Shown here: in pieces, positions 51,982 through 64,000 of the stretch | Position numbering within the stretch: the stretch's first letter is position 1 | Layout: each line of letters starts with the position of its first letter | Assembly (NCBI RefSeq): GCF_006345805.1 | Contig: NC_043002.1 | Location: 30,256,001-30,320,000, forward strand | Length of the DNA stretch: 64,000 nucleotides | Reading direction: 5' to 3' | DNA from: Octopus sinensis | Taxonomy: Eukaryota | Position numbers and translations under genes: made by a program | The notes under the pieces: model-generated | The model's input: the letters and a program-made list of their open reading frames with translations, nothing else | Databases searched by the model: none | What the model was told of the DNA's origin: nothing

Positions 51982-54900
51982 GTGAACGTCCATATCGCTG
52001 CAATGTATGCAACATAAAGTTCTCCTGCAAGAGTGCACTGCGTGTGCATTTCGGCAAGCATAAATCCCACTACAAGTTGGCTCATCGACCTGCTCCTGCT
52101 CACTCAGTAAGGAATCCAGCACTGTTACCGTCACGTTTTCAGTTCTCCCCGATGGGTATCGCTGTCTCTTCAGTACCAATAAGTCTCTCGGCTGCTGGAA
52201 TTCCCATCACAGCTTGCAATTCCCCGGTTGTGTCGTCTGCGATAAGCCAAGCTTCCTTATTGGGTTCGTCGTTTATGTCACAACACAGGTCAATTCCTCC
52301 CGATGGAGTTGTTCTGGTTGGTAGTAGTAACAGTAGTAGTGGTAGTAGTGGTGCGATCAGTACAGGCGGTGCTACTCCTCTTGCTGTTGCTGCTGCTGGC
52401 AGTGGTACCGAAAGCCCGGCTCTCAAACAGGAAAACCCTGATACCAAATTGAGTGAAGATCCGCCCGCTTGCGCCTCACCAAGCAACAGTAACGTGAACA
52501 ACAATACTAACTCTGTCAATAATGTTGAGATGCCAATTCCATCTTCAACACCCAATGCTACTGCTGCTACTGTTGCATCTGTTCTTCCGTTAACAAAGTT
52601 AGCCAAATTGACTTGTTCCAGTCCAGAGAGTACCTTAAATTTATCTTCAGACTCAGTCGCGGCTTCCATCTCATCTATCATTACTGCTGCCAATAGTTCG
52701 ATGGTAACGACCACGTCCTCGACTTTGGACCACATACCATTGAGCGCTTCTCGTCATTTCCACATCCTACCACCGATGTCAACAGTTCCACCGCCTCCCC
52801 TTGCAGCATTGCCGCCCAACTTTAACCCTGCTGCTCATCCCCCGCAAATGAACAACACTGATTTAAGGACTATGCCTGGAGGGCTCTTCCCGCCCGCCAA
52901 GCATATTGAACCTGGAGAAAATGTTGAAGATTACATGGAAGTTAATACTTCTGAAACGACCAAACTTCAGAAATTTGTCGAAAATATTGAGCATAAGTTG
53001 AGTGATCCCAATGAATGTGCGATTTGTCATCGTGTGTTGAGCTGCAAGAGTGCCCTGCAAATGCACTATCGTATCCACACTGGAGAGCGACCTTTCCGTT
53101 GTAAGTTATGTGGACGTGCCTTCACCACGAAGGGCAACCTCAAGACACATATGGGTGTGCACCGTGCCAAGCCGCCAACCCGGCTCACCCATCAGTGTCC
53201 AGTGTGTCACAAGCAGTTTACCAACATTCTCGTGCTACAGCAGCACATTAGGGGTCATACAGCGGACACTTACCCAACAATGCCTCCTAGTCTTTATCGT
53301 ACTAGTGACTGGCACCCTAAACCGTTCGATCTGAGGCCTTCCATTGAACCGAAAGAATTAGACTTGAGCAAGACATCCTCAAGTTTTCTGTCTCGTTCTG
53401 TTCCACCGTCGACAACATCACCATCGGTGTCTCAGACATCTACATCACCACTGTGTTCACCTTTGGAAAACAATAAAATAAGTCCAACTTCTCTGGACCT
53501 GGCTCCAAAGAATTTGGAAAGTGCAACTAACTTGACAGAGACAAGCAATGAACTGACTGAAGGGGCCACTAATGTGATTACTAGGAACAGTAACAGTTTA
53601 GATAATAGCAATGTGATCGATGAGAGTGTGATGGAAGAAGGTGTGATCGAATCGGAAAATATGGAGGATAGCATGGTTGATACTTGCAACCTCGATGATA
53701 CAGGTGATATGGACGACAGTGCCCTAGATCCAAGCGGCATGGAAACCAATCTAATGGATACTGAGGAAATAAACGACGAAAAGGCAGAGAATAAAGAGGA
53801 GAAAACAGACGGAGAAGACGCGAATAAAGAAGAGGAATGGATGGAGACCAAATCAAAAGAAGAAGCCTGGCCCGAACCTGAAGATTCTAGAACGTCAAGC
53901 GAGGCAGGCCATGAAAATCTTGAGGAAGAGAGACCAAATTCTCTGGCTTCTGCTGCATCCCACGAATCACAAGATCTACATAAAAACCATGACTTCAATC
54001 CAGCTTCAAGCTATGAGGCACAGATAACATCTGTGATAACAAGTGGTTTTGTTCCTCCATCGTCAACCTCACTTGCCGCTTTAGAAGCTCGAGTCCGAGC
54101 AATCAGTTCAAATAACCCACTCAGTATGACTGTGGGCTCCAAGTTCAACATGAGACTCCATTCCCGTGACTTTAACCCAGCGCATAAACAGTTCTCACAT
54201 CATCTTCCACATAGTGCTTTCCTCAATGGAGACGGATCTCCCGGAACGTCACCCCATAGCCAGTTATATACTTCCGAGGGAAAATCCGAAAGCAATGGTA
54301 TGAAAGATCCCATTGGTGCCCATTCTGTGTCTCTTCATATGCGTCCTGACGTAGCGGGTTTCCCCATGAGTTCCGTGTTTCCTTTAGCGCCAGCACTTGA
54401 CTTGCGTCCCAAAAACGTAGAAGGCAAAACAAACACAACGTGTTACATTTGCTTTAAAACGTTTGCTTGCAAAAGTGCTCTCGATATTCACATTAGGAGT
54501 CACACTAAAGAGAGGCCGTTCAAATGTGAAGTTTGTGATCGCAGTTTCTCAACTAAAGGTAATATGAAGCAACATATGCTGACACACAAAATAAGGGACC
54601 TACCATCACAGGCGTTTAAAAAAAACTCCAGCAAGCTTGACTCGGCTTCGATAAAGAGAGAACCCACGATCGAACTGGATAGCTCTCGCGTATCCGAGTC
54701 CCTTGCGTCTAACAACAACAGTGTAAGTCCTAGTAACTTGAAATCTAGTAATACACCCAATGATGTCAGTAATAGTAGCAACAACAACAACAGCAATAGC
54801 AACAACAACAGTGATAACAACAGCAACAGCAACAATAACGGTCAAACTTCATTAAATACTAGTGTGAGTCAAGGAGAAAATTCCTTGCCCCTAACTCCTA

Positions 54901-56423
54901 CCAGTGAGGGGAGTAATACCTCCCCGTTTGTACGACGCCCATCTCCTAAACATACCTGCAGTGTCTGTCAAAAACACTTTTCCAGCGCAAGCGCACTTCA
55001 AATTCATATCCGTACTCACACTGGAGACAAGCCCTTCAAGTGTAGTATGTGTGCAAAAGCATTTACCACTAAGGGAAACCTGAAGGTTCACATAGGGACC
55101 CATATGTGGGGAAACAACCCTTCCCGACGAGGTAGACGAATGTCAATTGAACCCCCTTTTCTTATTGGCCCAAAAGAGCACCCTTATTTATCTCCTTACC
55201 ATAGGTCTCCGGAGATTTTCTTTCATCAGTATCCACATTTCTTAAACGGAATCTCTCCAAAAATGAACGAGATATCGGTCATCCAGAGTTTAAACGGGAG
55301 TTTAAACCATATGCCCAACAACCTGACCGAGGCACAACTGTCGAGCAAGGAAGAACCTCCACGCAGTGATAGCGGTGGAGGACACAGCAGCATCGACAGT
55401 GGACGTAAGAGCACGGAGAGTCTACCATCGTCTTGGCCCAGTGATAGTATGCCTGGCTTAGGAACAGCTCATCATCCCTTACAGCATCCACTTCACTTAC
55501 AGCAGCAGCAACAGAACAACTTAAGTCCCAATAGTACTAGCATCATAACTAGTGTGACACCTGTAGTTAATAACACCAACCTTAACAATACAAGCAACAG
55601 CAACAGTCCTATCAACAGCAACAACAACATCATTGTAAACAGCAATTGTAATATTGTTAATAATAGTACAGCCCTTGATGTATTAAGTAGTAGTGTAAGT
55701 AACAATGATCTATTAATGTCCACTGGAACAGATGGAGAATTAGATCTCAGTATGAAATCGGCTTCTTTATTATCCTCATCGTCATCGTCATCGTCTTCAT
55801 CCTCTTCTTCCTCTTCATCTTCCTCATCCTCGACATCTTTAGTAACCGGTGGTGGTGGTGGTTGCGCTAGTGGTGGTGGTGTTGTCGACAGCAGTGCTGC
55901 TGCTATTGCCGCTGCTAGCGGCGGTGGTGTTTGTGGTAGTGTGAGCGGTAGCGTGGTCGTCGGTAGTGTATTGAATGGAAGTGGTGATGCTGGCGGCGTT
56001 ACTGTTGGTGTGGGTGTCGGTGAAAGTAGCGTAGCTGTCGGCAGCGGCGGCGGCGGCGGCGGCGCTGTCACTGCTGGTAGCAGTAGTAGTAGTAGTCATA
56101 GTAGTAGTATCGGCGGCGGTGGCGGTGGTGGAGGCGGCGGCAGTGCTGGTAGCGGCGGTGCCATCTCTAATGAGGCAAGCCCCGCCTCGTCTCCACTGGC
56201 GGCACCTCTTTCCGTCTCACCCCCAACAGTGGTTACCACACCAAACACTGACGCATCTCTCTTACCGGAAGCTCACCAGAACATTGCTTCCTGGTCGTGG
56301 CGAACTGTTTGCCATATTTGTAACCAAGTTTTCACTACCTCCCCAGCATTAGAACATCATATGCGACTGCACCATGCCACTAATCCAACCGAAGAGCCTC
56401 TACGGACTTCTGTCTCAAATTGA
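51982..56423 (+). CDS. sall: spalt terminal coding exon (4442 nt, ends at TGA)
   Basis: Continuous with track ORF 52044-56423. Contains finger 2 of cluster 1 (51999-52061), the [14 protein letters not shown] motif (~52950-52991), a triple-finger cluster (53016-53258), and double clusters at 54441-54587 and 54957-55103. SAL boxes [16 protein letters not shown] and FTTKGNLK are present, followed by HMW, the NEISVIQ motif (55266-55286) and a C-terminal finger (56310-56375). Confidence 0.96.
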
Positions 56424-56948
56424 ACTTTTTCCCCCATCATTTTTGTAACAAAAGAAAAAAAAATTCAATCAAATGATTTGAAAAATATAAATAAAAGATG
56501 GATATATGACAAGAACAAAAAGAAGGAAACGAAATGTAAAGAAACAATGATGCTGATAATTATTGATGGATTCTTGGTGATAATTAAGTTTGAAGATGTT
56601 GATAATAATATTAATAATAATAAAAGTATTGATAATAATCATTGTTATCATCCTGACGAACATTTGGAATTACCAAAATGAAAATATTCCAAAAGAACAC
56701 CCGAATATGTAAAATTGCATTATGCATGCGTGAAAGGGGAAGTATCATATATGTATACCTACATATGAGTATGTGTACGTGTATATATATATAAACTTTC
56801 ATAAATTGCATATACAGTGAATAAAACATACACATAACATGCATTAAAAAATGTAATATGTGTAATACCTATCTTTGTGACTACAGCGATTCACAAACCG
56901 ATTAAAATGACAATTATATATATACATATATATATATATAACAATAAA
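56424..56948 (+). promoter_or_regulatory. proximal 3' UTR with candidate polyadenylation signals
   Basis: AATAAA at 56490, 56619, 56820 and 56943 downstream of the stop. The sequence is very A-rich, so these may be chance matches and the true 3' end cannot be placed. Confidence 0.25.
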
Positions 56949-57613
56949 AAACAGTTACAGTTGATCCATTGTGGTTCTTCAGAAAAACAAAGATGAATGG
57001 ATTTTTTTCCTCATAAACCGAGAAAAAAAATGTCCTGTCTACAGTTTCCAATTTTGCCCCCGTAACCCTTGAAAATGCTGTTGTTATGACAACGAGACTG
57101 AATTCATGTATAAATAATTAAAATAAACAAATTGAAAAGAGCAAGAAAATGAACCATAAAAATTTTTAGAAGAAAAAAAAATGTAAGAGAGAAAAATTTA
57201 AAGCTAAATTTTAAATGAAAGGAGATTAAAACAACACAAAAATCACAAACAAGAAACACGGAAATACAGAATCATCAAAACAAAAAAACTAAAAAAAAAC
57301 AAACAAAAACAATATTAATGATAAAAAATGATATTTCTCTGGCAACAAGTTTTGACAAACAGAACTGTTGTTTTATAAAACGGTGTGACGAGAAGAGGAT
57401 TCAGGAGTGTAAATGTGAGTGTGTATGTAAGTACAATGTATGTGTGTGTGTGTATGTGTGTGCTTTCGTTTTCCTTCTCCCCAAGACATTTTTTTTTCTT
57501 TTGAATTTTCTTGTATATACAAGCGTGTATGTGTGTGTGTTGTATACAGTTGTTTATTTTCAATCCATACATATATATATATATTACATACATACTGACA
57601 TTATATATATATA

Positions 57614-57652
<39 letters not shown>

Positions 57653-58553
57653 CTATATATAATATATATATATATAATATATATATATTATATTATATAT
57701 ATTATTATATATATATATATATATATACGATGGGAGAATGAGAAGACAAATGCGACAAGCAAGAGCTGATGTTTTTTTTTTAGAATTTTTTTTTTAAATA
57801 TGTATTAAAATAACTTAAAAACATGTTAAAATGAATTGAAAATAGACTGAAAATTAAAAAAAAACACACAGATAACAGAACAAAAATGGAGAAGATTGAA
57901 AGAAACGAACTGAAAGAATAAAAAGAACGATGATACCAATTTCTCATTATACATTCATCATAGAAAAAGCTGAGGACTGCGAAAGAAGGGGAGATTTTAC
58001 CGTATAAATTCTACAGAACGTTTCCATTTTAAGGGTGAACAGCTTTTGACGACGTGTGTAAGACTTATGCGTATATGTAGCATCACCTCAGGCACACAAG
58101 CATGCATATATACGAACATACATATGAAACGCTAGCAGACACATACACAGTGGCGCAGTCACACACACATTTATAAATACATATAAACACATTTATACAA
58201 AAGCACACGCAAGCACACATAACATGCATACATATACATACATAAATACATATACATTTATGTGTATATATATGTAATTCATATTTATATAATGAACATA
58301 TATATATGCCATGCAAATATATATATATACATACACACATACATCTATGCATATATATTTATATACATATATGTATATAAATATATACATATATATGTAT
58401 ATAAATATATATATAGATAGATATATATACATACGTACACATATATATTCATATATATATACATATATATTTATATTTATATATATATACATACATATAT
58501 TTATACACATACATATATATATGTATATATATATACATATAATATATATATAC

Positions 58554-58589
<36 letters not shown>

Positions 58590-59104
58590 ATATACATATA
58601 TATATATACATACATATATTTATACACATACATATATATATATATATACTTATATATATATATATAATATACATATATATATATATATATAATATATATA
58701 TATATAATATATATATATATATATTGCATATGTAGACATTCCAGATTTGCGTCTTGACAATCTCGCGATCAAACATGGCACCAAAACTTAATACAATTGA
58801 AAATAATAAAAATTTCTGCAACGCTCTTTAATTACAATGGTGAGGCTGATGATATTAAAGATTTCAATCATAATGATTTCTAACTTCTTAGAACAAGGCT
58901 TGTGCATGAACGATATTTAAATGCTAATATCAATACTACTTATAATCGTTTTAATTAAGGCATTGAATATCGTTTGAGCAGATGATACAAATAACCTATG
59001 TCTTTGACGTGACTTCAAATCCCGCAGGACTTATACCAGTTAAGTACAAACATCGATGTAAGATTTTGTCTTATGCTGTAGTCAGAAAATTTAATTATTG
59101 TTAT

Positions 59105-59313
59105 GGCGGCGAACTGGCTGAATAGTTAACACGTCGGGCGAAACTCTTAGCGGTGTTTCGTCCGTCTCTATTTCTGCGTTCAAATTCCGCCGAGGTCGGC
59201 TTTACCGTTCATCCTTTCGGAGTCAATAAACTATGTACCAGTGGGACACTAAGATCGATGTAATGGACTAGTTCCCTCCACAAAATGTCAGACCTTGTGT
59301 ATATATTAGGAAG

Positions 59314-59352
<39 letters not shown>
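59105..59352 (+). mobile_element. SINE family A with (ATT)n tail
   Basis: GGCGGCGAACTGGCTGAATAGTTAACACGTCGGGCG...GTTCAAATTCCGCCGAGGTCGGCTTTACCGTTCATCCTTTCGG. Confidence 0.85.
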
Positions 59353-59354
<2 letters not shown>

Positions 59355-59799
59355 GTAAATGATATATGTATTGAAATAAAAGACAATTCTGCGTAAACAC
59401 GACCTCTGTTCATAGAAGTTTTCACTATACACAAACCTATTACAAATGATGGTGGTACGCAGAGTAGGTAGTGCTTATGTATAAGAGGTGAGGTTTACGT
59501 TCGTGTAAGACCATAATACGAAGATTGTAACAAGACAGAATGAGGTGAGCAGTGAGACGAAGAGGATGATAACTGAGACTGTACGATTATAAATGCATGA
59601 TTAAATATTATTAATAAACAGACTGATGACACTTATGATGATGATGATGATGATGATGATGACACATGATGATAGATATACCTATAGTGTTCCTTTAATC
59701 GGATTGCGATGTTACTACGACTGTTCCGTTCTGTTGGCTTCTCTATGAGGATCTCTTCTTCCCTGTAACATTTTTATTATAAAAATGCATGGGATTTTG

Positions 59800-60022
59800 A
59801 ACAGGCAGAATCGTTTGAGCTTCGGACAAAAAAACCTTGCGATGGTATTTAGTTTTTTTTTTTTTTCTTTTGCATTCTGATTTCAAAAACCACCGAGGTC
59901 AACTATGCTTTTCATCATTTCGGTGTCAATAAAATAAAAGCACCAGTCAAATAATAGGGTCGATGTATTACTATGCTCTTCCCTTTAAAGTTATTGACCT
60001 TGTGTTTGAATCAGAAGCATTC
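59800..60022 (+). mobile_element. degraded SINE family A
   Basis: GGCAGAATCGTT...CACCGAGGTCAACTATGCTTTTCATCATTTCGGTGTCAATAAAATAA. Confidence 0.65.
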
Positions 60023-60350
60023 ATATAAAAACATTGATTATTATTTGGGTCCAGTTATTGTGGTTTCTCGCCATGTTAAGGCGCCATCTCATAGCAGTAA
60101 CTTAATGTATTAAATATAAAACAAAAATACAATGAGAGCTCTTCATATAAACCTCTGAAATTATAACTACACTTATCTTATTTTGATTCTTAGTTTCCTT
60201 TCTTTCCTTTTTTTCTTTAACATTCTGACATTTTATTTTTATTTTTATTATTAGTTTCTTATATGTTTCTTTCTGCTGTCGCTTTTGATTAATAAATTTA
60301 TTTCATGTTATTATTTTAAAGAAAATAATTATAAGAAAAAACTATTAATT

Positions 60351-60391
<41 letters not shown>

Positions 60392-60504
60392 ACTGACTGA
60401 CTACTTCAATGGTTTAGTAATCAACTGAATATGAAAATTGGTTGATGTGTTTGTGAATTTTACAAATACTTCCATGAAGGCAAATACTATTATGTGCACG
60501 TATT

Positions 60505-60546
<42 letters not shown>

Positions 60547-60964
60547 GTTAAGGATACTAATGACAAAATATTTCAGAACGTTTGATAAATTTTTTTTTTA
60601 CATAATTTTAATCAAGGGAGTAGACCAGAGCTGTTATCATTCTCAGATCCTCCCTAACCGGTTAGATTAATGCAACTGAAGACCCTCTGAACAACGTGAG
60701 CGGGTGAAGAAGATTTGTGTCTAGCCCGAATACTTGCATCAGTATGATCTCTACTAAAGTCACCCACGTGGTAGTGTTAAACTAGGCGGCTTGTTATGCC
60801 TACCACCTATAAATTAATTGATGGACTTCATAAGAGTGTCGGCGAATAATATTTGGGAGTTGACGGCTGTGTACTTTGGCTAAAGTCCAGTAGTTATAAT
60901 ATAACGATTACTGTCTTTTCTATTAACGAATAATTTTCTCTATTATTGTTACTGATTAATCTAA

Positions 60965-61182
60965 GGCGGCGAGCTGGCAAAATTGTTGCCACACCGACAA
61001 AATGCTTAGCGGCATTTTTTCCGGCTTCACGTTTTCAGGTCTTATGCTGCCGAGATCGACTTTGCCTTTTATCATTTCCGGGTTGATAAGTGAAGTACCA
61101 GCCCGATATTGGTGTCGATCTAATCGACTTGCCCCTTCCTCCAAAATCTCTGGCCTTGTGTCTGCAGTACAAAGGATTATTA
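60965..61182 (+). mobile_element. SINE family A
   Basis: GGCGGCGAGCTGGCAAAATTGTT...CCGAGATCGACTTTGCCTTTTATCATTTCCGGGTTGATAA...AAAGGATTATT. Confidence 0.8.
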
Positions 61183-63058
61183 GTGACTTTTATAATAAGA
61201 GATTAATCTGTGCGGTATATTATAAAAAAAGGTTAAAGAAAACAAAACACGATCAATGAAAATTACTGAACCCCAGAAGGTTAATATTTTACTCAGTTAT
61301 AATTACTGAGCCCCAGAATGATAATTCTTTTTCTATCTCTACATAGAGGATAGATATTTATACACACACATTTATATATATATATACAAAAAATTCCAAA
61401 CGAAAATTTATTTCAATTAGACGTCAATATTTCATCGTAAATTTACGCCAAATATTTTACACCTAACTCATACAATATTTATTTCGTATATTCTTTTGTT
61501 TTTCACGACTACTAAAAGTTTAATAAAACAGAAACTAAGCTTTTCTTATAAAATATTTAATGTTTTATCATAATAAATAAATCTTATAACTGTATTTATT
61601 GGAACTCAGGGATATCACCCCACCAGGCATTTTTTTTTTTTACATCTAATTATTTTTCTTTTGTTTTGTGTATAAAAATTCTTGACGGCACATTCTTCGA
61701 CATGGCTTCGCTAAGACATTTCTAATTACATACGAAACTGATGCATTACTTTGCCTGTTCGTATGTGTGTATAGATATAACTCGACTTATACACCCCACC
61801 ACACACACATACGTTATAGATTAGCGACTACACTTGTTTGTGTCTCTGCATTTTCCATCCATATAACCGAGAGGTTTTATATTGGTTAGAATCTGTTTTC
61901 TCACTTCTATATTGACTTCTTCCAACATTTGATTGATAGTTCCATAGTATTCCTCGTATTCTTTATTCCATTTGCTTAAACAGCTTCAGATTACGTAACT
62001 TCTGTGAAAGAATGTCTACTGCCATAGAGTCGATCCATATTTCGCGATATGAAACAGGACCTAAATATATTAAGGTGCTCTTTGAAGCTTCAGAGACGTT
62101 TCTTTCAATTTTATCTTAATTTAATCGTTTTTCTTTCGTAATCTTCCATTAGGTTATGTAATTTCATTTTTGACTTGACAGATCTTTGAGTTTGGCTTGT
62201 TTTTCTTTAGATTCCTTCCTCGCTTTATGTTTAAACAATTACTTTACTTGATCTGAAGTACTTTCCTTTTACAATACAACTTTTTCTATTCAAAATTTTG
62301 AAGTTTTAAAACCGTTTCTTTATTTTACAACGAAATATTTGCTTTTGATTTTAGAGAACTACAAACAAAGAAATATTTTGGTTATGAATACCTTTTAAAC
62401 ATCCATTAAAAAAAATCTTTTACTTTCATTATTTGGAGTTCTTCCGTTCTCTTTTTGTTAATTTTTATAGCAATTATTAGAACTTTTCGTTAACATTTCT
62501 CTCAAGTTTCTAGCTTACTGTTCTTAATATAAAAATGTATAATAAATATGCAATTTATCATCCAATTGAAGAAAGCAGCCACATAAACTTACAATGAGAT
62601 TCTGTTTGAAACTTAATGTCCAGAAACGTTCAGAAACGATTTAACAGTGGCTACTTATAGACAAAACTCTACCCTATATGCAACTAATATTATTAATAAT
62701 TATAATATTATTAACAAAAAATCTGTAATTACCATATGAAACCTCAGATCTTTACTTTAATGTTTCATTTTGTTATATACAAACTTTGATAAAAATTTGG
62801 TTTGATACTGTGTTAAATATACAGGACTGTTTAGAAAGATTTAACCCTCACTTATCCTCAAATTTGAATGAGTAGTGTAGATTAATTTTAGAACAACGTA
62901 TCGTCGTCGTTGTCTTCATTATCATCACTATTACCATCATCATCCTCGTTTTTAATTTATCTGGGATCTGGGATCGAAACAATTACAAAAATTACCAGTA
63001 CCTCTACAAGTTTATCTCCTGCTAAATGCAAAACCGTTCTTGTGTACAGCAGTTAGGG

Positions 63059-63105
<47 letters not shown>

Positions 63106-64000
63106 GTATTGGTATTGGTATTATTATATCGTCATCTTCAACATCTTTACTGGCGTTGATTTCAAAAGCCAAACTGAGTAACAAATAACTCTTCGGTGAT
63201 AAATACATCATAAGATAGGGAAAACATGATGTATAAAGGCAAAAGAATTGCAGAAAAATACAACACAAAAATGATTTTAAAAAAACATTCAGACACACCG
63301 AGAAATAAACATGCACATATACACACATATACGCACACAGATATATATACATATAAATATATATATATATATGTGTGTGTGTTTATATACATATGTACAC
63401 ATATACATACACACACATATATATGTATATATATATATATACACATATACATTTATATATGCATACACGCAAGAATAGAAATCTAACCCATCATAGTTTG
63501 TGTGTTTGACTGTTTACCCACATATTACAATTTATGTATTTTGGGTGATTGATATATATAGCGTGCTTTTATCTCGATTGGAAGGTTGTGAGATTTTGTG
63601 CAAAATGAACAAAAAATAAATATAAAAAACATTTTAAGTGTAATAGTTGATACAATTTGTGAAAGATAAAGAAAAAAAAAACCGGAAAAAAGAGAAAAAA
63701 TATGAAGCAGATCATAAGAACTTACATATGTATGTATATGTTGTATATACATTTATATACATTAGAGGTGTTCTTCAAAAAATTTTTCTATTCGAACAAT
63801 TATGGAAAGTTTGGCTCCATTAAATTACATTTTGATTTATAAGCAGATATACAACACACGCAAGAACACGTACGTGTGCATACATATACTCATAAGGATA
63901 TATACATACATTCGGATGATGGACACATATAATGATTAAGTGGGCGATACCTATGTATAGATACTCACCATCTATACAAATATCACAAACACAAACGAAA

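Noticed and set aside
52139-56071. Long minus-strand ORFs (52139-52735, 53432-53998, 54500-54835, 55493-56071, and 1557-2081)
   Set aside because: Antisense shadows of low-complexity spalt codons, with no independent domain or splice evidence.
1-64000. CRISPR arrays, operons, rRNA genes or other prokaryotic systems
   Set aside because: No regularly spaced repeat-spacer array or rRNA-like sequence was seen. The window is eukaryotic with spliceosomal introns.

Overview
AT-rich, microsatellite-dense eukaryotic DNA. The SINE families and repeat content point to an octopus genome (inference). The window holds most of one plus-strand gene, a spalt/SALL C2H2 zinc-finger transcription factor. Three coding exons are visible (1252-3312, 41845-41961, 51982-56423), joined in frame by two phase-1 GT-AG introns of 38.5 kb (containing a 100-N gap) and 10.0 kb. 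The first coding exon, expected to carry the MSRRKQ NuRD motif, was not found and is presumably upstream. The visible part encodes 2206 aa and is inflated by homopolymer tracts. Its first double-finger cluster is split by an intron and has lost the SAL box, its Q-rich helix is eroded, and it has an extra C-terminal finger. The rest is intronic or intergenic: at least four tRNA-headed SINE families, Penelope-like and Helitron-like fragments, microsatellites, an 82-bp perfect inverted repeat and a tandem triplication. The most unusual signal is a tRNA-headed SINE at 48149-48456 whose tail folds into a minimal type I hammerhead ribozyme (48333-48378) in the sense of the spalt pre-mRNA. Degenerate hammerhead-like motifs occur at three other loci. 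Nearly all other ORFs in the track are microsatellite, SINE or antisense shadows. All structure and homology calls were made by eye, without database searches.
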